Positions 36,700 to 45,550 of a stretch of DNA of 64,000 nucleotides are shown here, piece by piece. Under the pieces are notes generated by a model. That model did not search any database. It was not told where the DNA came from and saw only the letters and a list, made by a program, of their open reading frames with translations. Within the stretch, counting starts at the first letter, position 1, and every line of letters begins with the position of its first letter. The stretch covers positions 2,683,788-2,747,787 of the forward strand of contig OY970242.1 of assembly GCA_963715505.1 (NCBI GenBank), written 5' to 3'. A program made the position numbers and the translations under genes. The DNA comes from an uncultured Microthrixaceae bacterium (GTDB taxonomy: Bacteria; Actinomycetota; Acidimicrobiia; Acidimicrobiales; VFJN01).

Positions 36700-37643
36700 C
36701 GGCGCGGCGCCGGGAGCCGGCGCCGCCAGGTGTGGCTAGCCTCGCGCTCCATGAAGAAGCTGCTCCTCCTCATCGCCCTCATCGCCCTCGCCAGCGTCGC
36801 CGCCAAGAAGGTCCGCGCCGTCTGAGCCGTGCTGGGCGGGGCGACTGCCCCCGCCCGCCGCCACAGCCACCACGCGCCCGCCGCCGCCCCGAGCGCGGCC
36901 GCGCCCCCACCCATGGCCGCGGCCTGGCGGGCCCCCGGCATCGGCACTCGCTCCCGGAGCGGCACCTCGAGCCGGAAGCGCTCCACCTGCCACCCGCGCT
37001 GGCGCGCCACCCGCTCGAGCTCGCGGTCGGGGTTCACGGCGACGGCGTGCCCGACCGCCGCGAGCATCGGGATGTCGGTCGCCGAGTCGGAGTAGGCCCA
37101 GCAGTGATCGAGGTCCAGGCCGTCACGAGCGGCCACCTCCTCGATGACGAGCGCCTTCTCGGGCCCGTACACGTAGCGCTCGGTGCGACCCGAGTAGCGG
37201 CCCTCCTCGTCGAGCTCCGCGCGGGTGGCGATGGCCTCGTCGGCGCCGAGCAGCCGGGCGATGGGCGCCACCACCTCCTCGGGTGACGCCGACACGATGA
37301 AGACCTTGTGCCCCCATGCCCGGTGGGCGCGGATCCGCTCCAGCGCCTCGTCGAAGACGATCGGTTCGATGATGTCGCCGAGCGTGTCGCGCACGAGGGC
37401 GGAGATCTCCGACTGGTCCCATCCCTTCGTGAGGCGCAGCACCGACGCCCGCAGCTTCTCCAGCTTCTCGGGCGTGGCACCGAACTGCGCGTAGAGGAGC
37501 TGCCCCCAGGCTGCCCGGAGCATGAGGCGACGGGTCAGCATCCCGGCACGGTGCAGCGGTCGGCTGAAGGCCACCATCGACGCCTTCGCGATGACCGTCT
37601 TGTCGAGGTCGAAGAATGCGGCGGCGCGGCGCTCGGGGACCAC
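36696..37643 (-). CDS. HAD-IB family hydrolase with a C-terminal membrane anchor
   Basis: GTG 37643. Sequence: VVPERRAAAFFDLDKTVI (motif I), FIVSASPEEVV, AYSDSATDIPML, then AAMGGGAAALGAAAGAWWLW. The last ~45 aa are of doubtful quality. Its stop overlaps the sigB stop in CTAG (36696-36699). Confidence 0.75.
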   Translation of the reverse strand: MVPERRAAAFFDLDKTVIAKASMVAFSRPLHRAGMLTRRLMLRAAWGQLLYAQFGATPEKLEKLRASVLRLTKGWDQSEISALVRDTLGDIIEPIVFDEALERIRAHRAWGHKVFIVSASPEEVVAPIARLLGADEAIATRAELDEEGRYSGRTERYVYGPEKALVIEEVAARDGLDLDHCWAYSDSATDIPMLAAVGHAVAVNPDRELERVARQRGWQVERFRLEVPLRERVPMPGARQAAAMGGGAAALGAAAGAWWLWRRAGAVAPPSTAQTARTFLAATLARAMRAMRRSSFFMEREASHTWRRRLPAPRR

Positions 37644-37798
37644 CGTCCGAGGGTACCGGCGGCGCCGCGCTCCACCCGCGACGACCTCTTGTGCCGCCCC
37701 ACCCGCAGACCTACGGTCGCACCTGCTGGCCCGGGGCGCTGAGCGCAGGGCCGGATCCCTTCCCCCGATGCAGCCCGTCGCGCCCATCGGAGGGATTC

Positions 37799-38446
37799 AT
37801 GCTCGTCGCCTGCTGGTCGTCGAAGGGCGGCTCGGGGACCACCGTGGTCGCCGCCTCGCTGTCGTTGCTGCTCGCCCGGCGCGGCGCCGGGGGCGCGGTG
37901 CTGGCCGACCTGGCCGGCGACGCGCCAGCCGCGCTCGGGCTCCCGGAGCCGACGGGGCCCGGGCTGGCGGGTTGGCTTGCCACCGGGCCCGACGTGCCGG
38001 CCGACGCGCTCGCCCGCCTCGAGATCAACGCCGAGCCGGGCCTGGCGCTGCTGCCTCGCGGCGACGGCCCGCTGGCGGAGGAGCGCGCCGAGGTGCTCAC
38101 GGCACTGCTGACCAGCGACCCGCGCGCCGTCGTCGTCGACTGCGGCGTCGACCCCGCCGGGGCAGCCCGGGCCGTCGCTGCGGGCGCCACGCGCTCCGTC
38201 CTCGTCACGCGTGCCTGCTTCCTGGCGCTGCGCCGGGCCCTCGCCGCGGCGATCCGACCCTCCGAGATCGTGCTGCTCACCGAACCCGGGCGCTCCCTCA
38301 CCCGCATCGACGTCGAGGACTGCATCGGTGCGCCCGTCGTCGCCGAGGTCACCGTCGATCCCGTCGTCGCCCGCGCCGTCGACGCGGGCCTGCTCGCCGC
38401 CCGCCTGCCGCGCGGCCTCGCCCGGGAGCTGGGCCGTGCGGCCTGA
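37799..38446 (+). CDS. TadZ/Ssd-like ParA/MinD-fold protein with a degenerate P-loop
   Basis: ATG 37799 follows GGAGGGA. Sequence: MLVACWSSKGGSGTTVVAASL (KGGSGTT in place of KGGxGKT). It is the first gene of the tad operon. Confidence 0.65.
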   Translation: MLVACWSSKGGSGTTVVAASLSLLLARRGAGGAVLADLAGDAPAALGLPEPTGPGLAGWLATGPDVPADALARLEINAEPGLALLPRGDGPLAEERAEVLTALLTSDPRAVVVDCGVDPAGAARAVAAGATRSVLVTRACFLALRRALAAAIRPSEIVLLTEPGRSLTRIDVEDCIGAPVVAEVTVDPVVARAVDAGLLAARLPRGLARELGRAA

Positions 38447-39608
38447 CGATCCTGAGGCGTCGACCCTCGTCGAGGAGGTCCACGGGCGGCTGCTCCATGC
38501 CGACCCGGCGCAGGTCGCCGACCTCACCCGCATCACCGAGCACGTGCGCTGCGTGCAGCCCCTGCTGCCCGAGGCCCAGGTCGCCGCCATCGCCACGGCC
38601 GTGTGGGCCCGCGCCACGGGCCTCGGGCCGCTCGAGCAGGTCGTCGCCGACCCCGCCGTCACCGAGGTGATGGTCAACGGCGCCGGTGACGTGTGGACCG
38701 AGCGGGCTGGGCGCCTGGAGCGATCCGACGTCGTGCTCGAGCGGTCCGAGGTGGCGCTGCTCGTGGAGCGCATCGTCGGGCCGCTCGGCCTGCGGGTCGA
38801 TCGCACGTCGCCGATCGCCGACGCACGACTCCCCGACGGCTCGCGGGTCAACGTCGTCGTCCCGCCGCTGGCGGTCGACGGGCCCTGCATCACGGTCCGG
38901 CGCTTCGGCGCACGACCGATCCCGCTCGCCGAGCTGTGCCCGCCGGGGATCGCCGAGCTGCTCGCCTGGGCGGTGGGGGCCCGGAGCAACATCATGGTGA
39001 GCGGCGGTACGGGAGCGGGCAAGACGACCGTGCTCAACGCGCTGGGCGCCGTCCTGCCGCCCGAGGAGCGCATCATCACGGTCGAGGACACTGCGGAGCT
39101 GCGCCTCCCCGGACGGCACGTGGTGCGCCTCGAGGGCCGCCCGGGCACCGCCGACGGGCTCGGCGCCATCACCGTGCGCCAGATGGTGCGCAACGCCTTG
39201 CGCATGCGCCCCGACCGCATCGTCGTCGGCGAGGTCCGGGGCCCCGAGGCGCTCGACATGCTCTGGGCGATGAACACGGGCCATGAGGGCTCGCTGTCGA
39301 CCTGCCACGCCAACTCGCTCGTCGATGCGCTCCGCCGGCTGGAGGTCATGGTGCTCTCCGCCGGGCTCGACCTGCCCCTGGCCGCAGTCCGCGACCAGCT
39401 CACCTCCGCCCTCGATCTCGTGGTGCAGGTCGCTCGCCTCCCCGGCGGTCGGCGTGGCGTCGTGGCCGTCGGCGAGGTGATCGATCCGCCACCGACCCGC
39501 GGCCCCCGCATCCGAGAGCTGGCCGGTCCGGCCGGCCTCGACTGCCTGCCGGAGCGCCCCGTGCGAGCAGCCGACGCACCGGCGCCGCAGCGGCGGTGGT
39601 GCCGGTGA
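38436..39608 (+). CDS. tadA: Tad/Flp pilus assembly ATPase (CpaF/TadA family)
   Basis: GTG 38436 overlaps the previous gene by 11 nt. Sequence: VTEVMVNGAGDVW...DARLPDGSRVNVV..., Walker A SGGTGAGKTT, ITVEDTAEL, RMRPDRIVVGEVRG, MNTGHEGSLST.H. Confidence 0.9.
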   Translation: MRPDDPEASTLVEEVHGRLLHADPAQVADLTRITEHVRCVQPLLPEAQVAAIATAVWARATGLGPLEQVVADPAVTEVMVNGAGDVWTERAGRLERSDVVLERSEVALLVERIVGPLGLRVDRTSPIADARLPDGSRVNVVVPPLAVDGPCITVRRFGARPIPLAELCPPGIAELLAWAVGARSNIMVSGGTGAGKTTVLNALGAVLPPEERIITVEDTAELRLPGRHVVRLEGRPGTADGLGAITVRQMVRNALRMRPDRIVVGEVRGPEALDMLWAMNTGHEGSLSTCHANSLVDALRRLEVMVLSAGLDLPLAAVRDQLTSALDLVVQVARLPGGRRGVVAVGEVIDPPPTRGPRIRELAGPAGLDCLPERPVRAADAPAPQRRWCR

Positions 39609-40480
39609 CGCCGCTCGTGGCCGGCGCCGCCGGCGCCGTCGCCGTCGTCGTCGTGGCGCTCGCCGTCGGCCCGACGCCGGCCGGTCGGCCCCGTCCGCTG
39701 CCCGCCACGGCCGTGGCGCGCTCGCCCCGGGGCGGATGCCCTGCCTGGGTGGCCGAGGGCTGCCGGCAGCTCGGCGGCGCGATCGCGCCGGGCCACGCCT
39801 GGACGGTGCTCCGCTGCGCCGCGGCCGGGGCGGCACTGGTGGCGGCCTCCACGGCCGGACCCGCCGGAGCGGCGATCGTGATCGCTGCCGCCCTCGGCTG
39901 TCCGCCGCTGCTGCGTCGCGGCCTGCGCCGCCGGCGCCTCCTCGAGCGAGACCTGCAGCTCCCCGGCGCGGTCGAGCGCATCGCTTCGGCCGTGCGATCC
40001 GGCGCAGCCCTCGGGCCGGCGCTGGTCGACGTGGCAGAGCTGAGCGACGGCCCGCTCGGTGAGGAGCTGCGGATGGTCGCAGCTCGGATCCGCCACGGCG
40101 CGGGCGTCGATGCGGCGCTGGCGGGGTGGTCGTCGCACGCGGATGCCTCGCCTGACGTCGTGCTGGTGGCATCGGCGCTCGGCCTGGGGGCCGAGTCCGG
40201 CGGGCAGGTGGCGCGCGCCATCGACGCGGTGGCAGCCACCTTGCGCGAGCGCCGGGAGCTGCGCGGCGAGGTGCGGGCCCTGGCGACGCAGGCGCGCAGC
40301 TCGGCGTGGGTGCTCGCCGCGGCACCGCTGCTCTTCGCCGCTCTCGTCGCCAGCATCGAGCCGGGCGCCCTGCGCTTCCTGCTCACCACGCCGGTCGGGG
40401 TGGGCTGCCTCCTCGCCGGTCTGCTCCTCGACGCCGCCGGCACGATGTGGATGGCACGCATCGTCCGCGAGGCGTCATGA
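39596..40480 (+). CDS. tadB: type II secretion system F-family membrane protein (TadB-like)
   Basis: Overlaps the tadA stop. T2SSF-type core (LPGAVERIASAVRSGAALGPAL...) with TM segments at both ends. Confidence 0.7.
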   Translation: MVPVTPLVAGAAGAVAVVVVALAVGPTPAGRPRPLPATAVARSPRGGCPAWVAEGCRQLGGAIAPGHAWTVLRCAAAGAALVAASTAGPAGAAIVIAAALGCPPLLRRGLRRRRLLERDLQLPGAVERIASAVRSGAALGPALVDVAELSDGPLGEELRMVAARIRHGAGVDAALAGWSSHADASPDVVLVASALGLGAESGGQVARAIDAVAATLRERRELRGEVRALATQARSSAWVLAAAPLLFAALVASIEPGALRFLLTTPVGVGCLLAGLLLDAAGTMWMARIVREAS

Positions 40481-41247
40481 GCCTGGCCGTGGCTGTCGGT
40501 GCCCTGGCGGCGGCGGTGGTCGGCTGCGCCGTGGCGCCGAGCCGACCCAGCCGCCGCCCGGTGCGCCCGGTGGCGCTGCGTCCCCCGGCGACGCCGCCGA
40601 TGGCGCTCGCCCGCTGGGGGGCGCGCTTCCGGGCCGTCGCCCGGATCCCCGCCTCGCCGCTGCCCGACGCGGGTCTCGGCGTGGTCGCCGCCTTGCTCGT
40701 GGCGCTGTTCGCCTGGGCTCCCCCGCTCGCCCTCCTCGCCGGCCTGGGGGTGTGGGCACACGCCCGGATCCGGGCCCGACGGGCGCATCGAGCTCGCAGC
40801 CGGCAGATCATCGAGGCGCTGCCCGACGGCGTCGACCTGCTCCTCCTCTGCGTCGGCGCGGGCCTCTCGCTCCCCCTCGCGCTCCCGCTCGTCGCCTCCC
40901 GCTCGGCCTCGCCGCTGGCCGGCGCGCTCGCGTCGGCGCATCGCGCCGCGGCGCGTGGGAGCCCTCGCGCCGATGCGCTGCTCGACGCCCTGCATCCGCT
41001 GGGCGACCGCGCCCTCGCGCTCGGCCACGTCCTCGTCGACCACCTCCGCTACGGCACACCCCTCGCAGCCGGCCTCGAACGACTCGGCAGCGAGCTGCGC
41101 TCGGATCGGCGGCGGCGGGCGGAGGAGGCGGCGCGGCGGGTGCCCGTGCGCCTCCTGGTCCCGCTCGTCACCTGCGTGCTGCCCGCCTTCGCGCTCCTCA
41201 CCGTCGTCCCGCTGCTCGCCGCCTCGCTCCGCTCGCTCCCCACCTGA
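40477..41247 (+). CDS. tadC: type II secretion system F-family membrane protein (TadC-like)
   Basis: Its ATG overlaps the tadB stop (ATGA). Sequence: QIIEALPDGVDLLLLCVGAGLSLPLAL...PVRLLVPLVTCVLPAFALLTVVPLL. Confidence 0.7.
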   Translation: MSLAVAVGALAAAVVGCAVAPSRPSRRPVRPVALRPPATPPMALARWGARFRAVARIPASPLPDAGLGVVAALLVALFAWAPPLALLAGLGVWAHARIRARRAHRARSRQIIEALPDGVDLLLLCVGAGLSLPLALPLVASRSASPLAGALASAHRAAARGSPRADALLDALHPLGDRALALGHVLVDHLRYGTPLAAGLERLGSELRSDRRRRAEEAARRVPVRLLVPLVTCVLPAFALLTVVPLLAASLRSLPT

Positions 41248-41341
41248 CCCCCGCGACCACTCGTACCGCCGGCTCCCCCGCGGCGGGCCGACTCGGGCCC
41301 ACGGCCCCGCACCGCAACCCGCCATCCCATGGAGGTCAACC

Positions 41342-41566
41342 ATGCTCCGGACCCTCGTGTCCCTCCAGGTCCTCGCCCTCACGGCGAGCGACCACATCCA
41401 GCAGCGGCTCCGCGCCGACCGCGGCCAGTCCACCGCCGAGTACGCGCTCGTGCTGCTCGGCGCGGCCGGCGTGGCGCTCCTGCTCGCCGCCTGGGCGACG
41501 AAGTCGGACCGCATCACCCGGCTGCTCAACTCGGTGCTCGACCGCGTCCTCGCGCAGGTCAGCTGA
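41342..41566 (+). CDS. flp: Flp-type prepilin (actinobacterial DUF4244-like, 74 aa)
   Basis: GGAGGT lies 5 nt upstream of the ATG. Sequence: ...ADRGQSTAEYALVLLGAAGVALLLAAW, i.e. the G/xxxxEY processing motif followed by a hydrophobic helix. Confidence 0.65.
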   Translation: MLRTLVSLQVLALTASDHIQQRLRADRGQSTAEYALVLLGAAGVALLLAAWATKSDRITRLLNSVLDRVLAQVS

Positions 41567-41974
41567 GTGCGGCGGCGGCGCGGCGGCTCCGGTCGCCAGG
41601 ACGGGCAGGCGTCGGTGGAGCTGGCGCTGCTGCTCCCCGTCGTCGTCCTGCTGCTCCTGGCGGTCCTCCAGGTCGGGCTCCTCGCACGTGACGTCGTGCT
41701 GGTCACCCATGCATCCCGGGAGGCCGTCCGCGCCGCCGCCACCGACCACGATCCCGCTGCGGCCCGTCGCGCGGCCGCCTCCTCCAGCGGTCTCGACGGC
41801 GACCGTCTCCGCGTGGCGGTCACCGGCCGTGGAGCGCCCGGCAGCCGCGTGTCGGTGGTCGTGACGTACCGGGCGCCGACCTCGGTGCCGCTGGTCGGCG
41901 CGCTGCTGGGCGATCGAACCCTGCGGGCGGCGGCGACGATGCGCGTGGAGGGCCCGAGCCCTGAACGGGGCTGA
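41567..41974 (+). CDS. TadE-like pseudopilin
   Basis: GTG immediately follows the flp stop. Sequence: GQASVELALLLPVVVLLLLAVLQVGLLARDVVLVTHASREAVRAA, a typical TadE N-terminus. Confidence 0.7.
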   Translation: MRRRRGGSGRQDGQASVELALLLPVVVLLLLAVLQVGLLARDVVLVTHASREAVRAAATDHDPAAARRAAASSSGLDGDRLRVAVTGRGAPGSRVSVVVTYRAPTSVPLVGALLGDRTLRAAATMRVEGPSPERG

Positions 41975-42159
41975 CCGAACGGGATAAATCGGGATCAACC
42001 ACCGCGAAGGGCACAAGATTCAGGCCACGCACAGTGGTCACCGTGGAAGGATTGCGCCCACACCCTGTCGAACCAGCAGCCACAGCACGATGCGGGCAGG
42101 GCTCTAGCATCACGACATTGCACCACGGGGGCCTCGGGCCCGGCGGGAAGGACCTCGAC

Positions 42160-43542
42160 ATGCGTACGCGGATCACAGCGATCGTTGCCATCACCTCGGT
42201 GCTGGCCCTGACCCTCATGAGCCCAGCAGCGGCCCAGACGCCCGATGCGCCCGACCAGTTCGGGTCCTACGGCGCCGCGGGCACCGCCACGGCGCTCACC
42301 CTGACCCTGCTGGGCCAGGAGCTCGCGGTCTCCAACACCTCCGCCGGCGTCGGCTCCGGCGCCGCCGGCGAGGGCCCGCAGGCCATCGCCAACGGCGCAG
42401 CCCTGCTGCTCGCCGGCACCCCCGTGCCCGGCGACGCACTCGCCACCGCGCCCGGCGGCCCCGCCGAGAACGAGGCCTGCGCGGCCGACGTGAACCTCGG
42501 CGAGCTGACGGGCGGGGCGCTCTCCGCCCTCGACCTCGGCCTGGCCTGCGTGCACACGTCGGCGACCGACGCCGGTGGTGCCCCCGGAGCCCACAGCGAG
42601 TCAGGCGAGCTGATCATCACCATCACCTCGCCGGCGGGCACGGCACTCGAGCCCATCCTCACCCCGCTCTTCGAAGGCGTGGAGCAGATCACGACGCCGG
42701 TGCTCGACGCGCTCGCACCGCTGCTCGACGGTGTCGAGGAGGTCACCCAGATCGAGCTCGACACGATCCTCGACGACCTCATCACCGACCTCCAGGACGA
42801 GCTGTTCGTGCTCGCCCAGATCGTCGTCGCACCCACCGCCAGCCAGGCGGCGGCCACCGGCGACGGCGTGTTCGCCCGGGCGGGCGGCAACGGCGTCACG
42901 ATCAACCTCCTGCCGGGCCTCGCCGCGACGCTGGCCGACCTGGGCCTCGACATCGCCCCGACGGTGGCCCCGCTCCTCAGCGTGCAGCTCGGTCAGGGCG
43001 TCGCCGAGGTGTCCCGGGACCCCGAGTCGGCGGAGGCGTCCACCGACGGCAGCGCCGCCCAGCTCCTCTCGATCGAGGCCACCGACGAGCTCGGCATCCT
43101 CCAGGAGCTCACCGGCCAGCTCACCGGCGCCATCAACGGCCTGGCGATCGACCAGCTCGCCTGCGAGGCGGGCAACCCCCTCGCCGACGTGCTCTGCATC
43201 GACCTCGGCAGCGTGCGCGACCTGAGCGACGCCGAGCTCGCCGCTCGCGGGCTCGACTTCGGTCCCGGCACCGCCGGTGTCGAGGCCAGCGCCGCCAGCA
43301 TCCAGATCCTGCCGATCGCGGCCGACGCCCTTGGCGGCTCGGTGCTGGGCCTCAGCCTCGCCTCCGCCACGGCGGCCGCCAACGCCGAGCTGGTCAGCCC
43401 CTCCTCAGGCCCCGGACCCGACGTCGAGGAGCAGCGCTCGCTGCCGCGGACCGGTGGCGAGGCAGCGCTGCCCGTCACCCTCGGCCTGCTCGCCGCCGCC
43501 TCGGCCGGCTTGGTCCTCGTTCGACGCACGCGTACCGTCTGA
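42160..43542 (+). CDS. LPXTG-anchored surface protein, acidic Ala/Leu/Thr/Gly-rich, no recognisable domain
   Basis: ATG 42160 is in frame with ORF 42034... Signal peptide: MRTRITAIVAITSVLALTLMSPAAAQ. C-terminal sorting signal: LPRTGGEAALPVTLGLLAAASAGLVLVRRTRTV. Confidence 0.75.
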   Translation: MRTRITAIVAITSVLALTLMSPAAAQTPDAPDQFGSYGAAGTATALTLTLLGQELAVSNTSAGVGSGAAGEGPQAIANGAALLLAGTPVPGDALATAPGGPAENEACAADVNLGELTGGALSALDLGLACVHTSATDAGGAPGAHSESGELIITITSPAGTALEPILTPLFEGVEQITTPVLDALAPLLDGVEEVTQIELDTILDDLITDLQDELFVLAQIVVAPTASQAAATGDGVFARAGGNGVTINLLPGLAATLADLGLDIAPTVAPLLSVQLGQGVAEVSRDPESAEASTDGSAAQLLSIEATDELGILQELTGQLTGAINGLAIDQLACEAGNPLADVLCIDLGSVRDLSDAELAARGLDFGPGTAGVEASAASIQILPIAADALGGSVLGLSLASATAAANAELVSPSSGPGPDVEEQRSLPRTGGEAALPVTLGLLAAASAGLVLVRRTRTV

Positions 43543-43600
43543 TGTCGATCGGCCGGCGATCCGACGACCGCTCGGATCGCCGGCCCGACTCCCCCACGCC

Positions 43601-44380
43601 ATGGCCCCGCTGATCGCCACCGTCGCCATCGTCATCGTGGTTGCCGCGCTCTCGGTCTACGGGCCGCTGGCACGGGCCCCCCGCCCGGCGCACCTGCGCA
43701 GCGACTCGGAGCCGATCCCCGTGCCGAGCCCCGAGCTGGGCGACGACCCGATCAGCCGGCTCATCGGCGTGCTGCGCCAGCGGCGCTGGGCGCGCATGGG
43801 CCTGACCACGCTGTCCGTGGGCCTGCTCGTGGGTGCGGTGGCCACCATCGGCTACCCCTTCTACACGAACCTCTACCAGCAGCGGCTGCAGGGCGAGCTC
43901 GACCGCCAGCTGGCCAGCCCCGACCTGAAGCAGGCGTACATCGAGCGTCAGGTCGGCGTCGGCGACAGCCTCACGCAGCTGCTCATCCCCGACATCGACG
44001 TCGATGTCGTCGTCGTGGAGGGCACCACCGCCAGCGCCCTGCGAGCCGGGGCCGGGCACTACGCCGACACCCCGCTGCCCTGCGAGATCGGCAACGTGGC
44101 GATCGCCGGGCACCGGACCACCTACGGCCGGCCCTTCCACAACGTCGACCTCCTCGAGGTGGGAGACGAGATCACCCTCAACACGCCCATCGGCAGCTGC
44201 ACCTACGCCGTGAGCGAGGAGCCCTTCACGGTGTCGCCCAGCCAGATCGAGGTGGTCGCCAACACGCCCGACGAGGCGATGCTGACCCTCACCACGTGCC
44301 ACCCCAAGGGCAGCGCCCGGCAGCGCCTCATCATCAAGGCGACGCTGGTTCGCAGCGACATCGGATCGACCGCCACATGA
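43601..44380 (+). CDS. class E-like sortase (transpeptidase)
   Basis: N-terminal TM helices, then LLIPDIDVDVVVVEGT...GAGHYADTPLP...GNVAIAGHRTTYG.PF...LTLTTCHP...RLIIKATL (His, TLxTC Cys, Arg triad). Confidence 0.85.
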   Translation: MAPLIATVAIVIVVAALSVYGPLARAPRPAHLRSDSEPIPVPSPELGDDPISRLIGVLRQRRWARMGLTTLSVGLLVGAVATIGYPFYTNLYQQRLQGELDRQLASPDLKQAYIERQVGVGDSLTQLLIPDIDVDVVVVEGTTASALRAGAGHYADTPLPCEIGNVAIAGHRTTYGRPFHNVDLLEVGDEITLNTPIGSCTYAVSEEPFTVSPSQIEVVANTPDEAMLTLTTCHPKGSARQRLIIKATLVRSDIGSTAT

Positions 44381-45528
44381 TGCGCCGCACCGTCCTCGCG
44401 GCCACCACGATCGTGCTCGCCGCGGTGACGGCCGCTCCGGCCGCGCTCGCGGCACCCCAGGACTGGAACGGGTCGCAGGTCACGATGCCGGTGCCCCCGG
44501 AGCGGGTCTCGTCGTCGTCGTTCACCATCGCCTCGTCGATCCTGCGCGACTACGACGGGCGCTTCTACCGCGTCGACGCCACCACCGAGCTGCTCGCCCC
44601 GCCCGAGCAGGAGGCGGGCTGCACCACCAGCGCCGGGGCCACCGAGGTGGCGCGCGACGGCGCCAGCAACCGCCATGCCGCGGCCGCGCCGGGTCAGGCG
44701 AGCTGCAACGGCGTGTACACGATCAGGGTCACGGCCCGGCTGATCCAGACCACCACCTTCGGCGGTGGCGAGCGCGTGACCGACACCTACGTCCTCCCGC
44801 CCCATGAGATCCATGTGGTCGTGCCCCCGCCCGATGTGACCGCGGCGGCGGCCGCACCCTCCGACGACCGCTCGGTCGTCGTGGGCTGGACCCCCGTGGC
44901 CAACCCGCCGCCGGACATGCTGGGCTACGTCGTGGAGCGCGTCACCGCGAGCGGCGAGACGGCGACGATCGCCACGATCGACGACCCTGCCGCGAGCTCC
45001 TACACCGACACCGACACCCCTGCGGAGGGCGGCACGACGACCTACCGCGTGCGGGCCCGACGCTCCAGCCCCCAGGGCGAGGTCACCTCCGCCGCCGCTG
45101 CCGAGGCGCCGGCCGAGGTCGCGCCAGCGCCCCAGGAGCCCGACGATCCCGGCGGCGATCCCGATCCCGACGCACCCGGCGGCGACAGCGCTGGGGCCGG
45201 AGGCGGCGGCACCACGGGCGGAACGCCAGGCGGCGGTCGTGGGGCGCCGTTCCGGGCCCCGAACGTCGGTCGCAGCTCCGGCCGCGTCGTCCCGCCGCTC
45301 AGCGCGACGGTGACCACCCTCGACACCGGCTTCGATCAGGAGCTGCCCTTCGGTGACCGTGAGCTCGGTGGGGAGGACCCGGTGCTCCCCGACGACGAGT
45401 TCGCGTCGATGATCTACGACGACGAGGCAGGGCGCGGGCTGCTCATCCCGATCGCCACGGGCCTGCTGCTCGCCGTGTGGGCCGTCCACCTGCGCTACCT
45501 GGCCGCGGCCGCCAAGCCTCAGGAGTAG
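44377..45528 (+). CDS. secreted FN3-domain protein with a C-terminal TM anchor
   Basis: Its ATG overlaps the sortase stop (ATGA). Signal peptide: MMRRTVLAATTIVLAAVTAAPAALAAP. FN3-like block: VVVGWTPVANPPPDMLGYVVERV...TTTYRVRAR. A Pro/Gly/Asp linker follows, then the TM helix LLIPIATGLLLAVWAV. Confidence 0.65.
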   Translation: MMRRTVLAATTIVLAAVTAAPAALAAPQDWNGSQVTMPVPPERVSSSSFTIASSILRDYDGRFYRVDATTELLAPPEQEAGCTTSAGATEVARDGASNRHAAAAPGQASCNGVYTIRVTARLIQTTTFGGGERVTDTYVLPPHEIHVVVPPPDVTAAAAAPSDDRSVVVGWTPVANPPPDMLGYVVERVTASGETATIATIDDPAASSYTDTDTPAEGGTTTYRVRARRSSPQGEVTSAAAAEAPAEVAPAPQEPDDPGGDPDPDAPGGDSAGAGGGGTTGGTPGGGRGAPFRAPNVGRSSGRVVPPLSATVTTLDTGFDQELPFGDRELGGEDPVLPDDEFASMIYDDEAGRGLLIPIATGLLLAVWAVHLRYLAAAAKPQE

Positions 45529-45550
45529 CGCGCCGGGCCGGCCCGGTCCG

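Noticed and set aside
36751-36825. Small plus-strand ORF MKKLLLLIALIALASVAAKKVRAV (24 aa) just downstream of sigB, resembling actinobacterial small hydrophobic (DLW-39-like) peptides.
   Set aside because: It lies entirely inside the 3' end of the minus-strand HAD-IB ORF, in the codon-phase-matched shadow frame, so GC3 cannot discriminate. It lacks the family's C-terminal DLW segment and has no clear RBS. It remains possible if the HAD-IB tail (last ~45 aa, low quality) is not really translated.
37644-37798. Possible 6C sRNA in the HAD-IB / TadZ-like intergenic region. This is the position where 6C/B11 lies in Mycobacterium and Corynebacterium, and there are two C-rich tracts here (CCGCCCCACCC and CCCTTCCCCC).
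   Set aside because: I could not fold either C-rich tract into the loop of a convincing hairpin; the flanking bases do not pair. Without a covariance-model search the call is unsupported.
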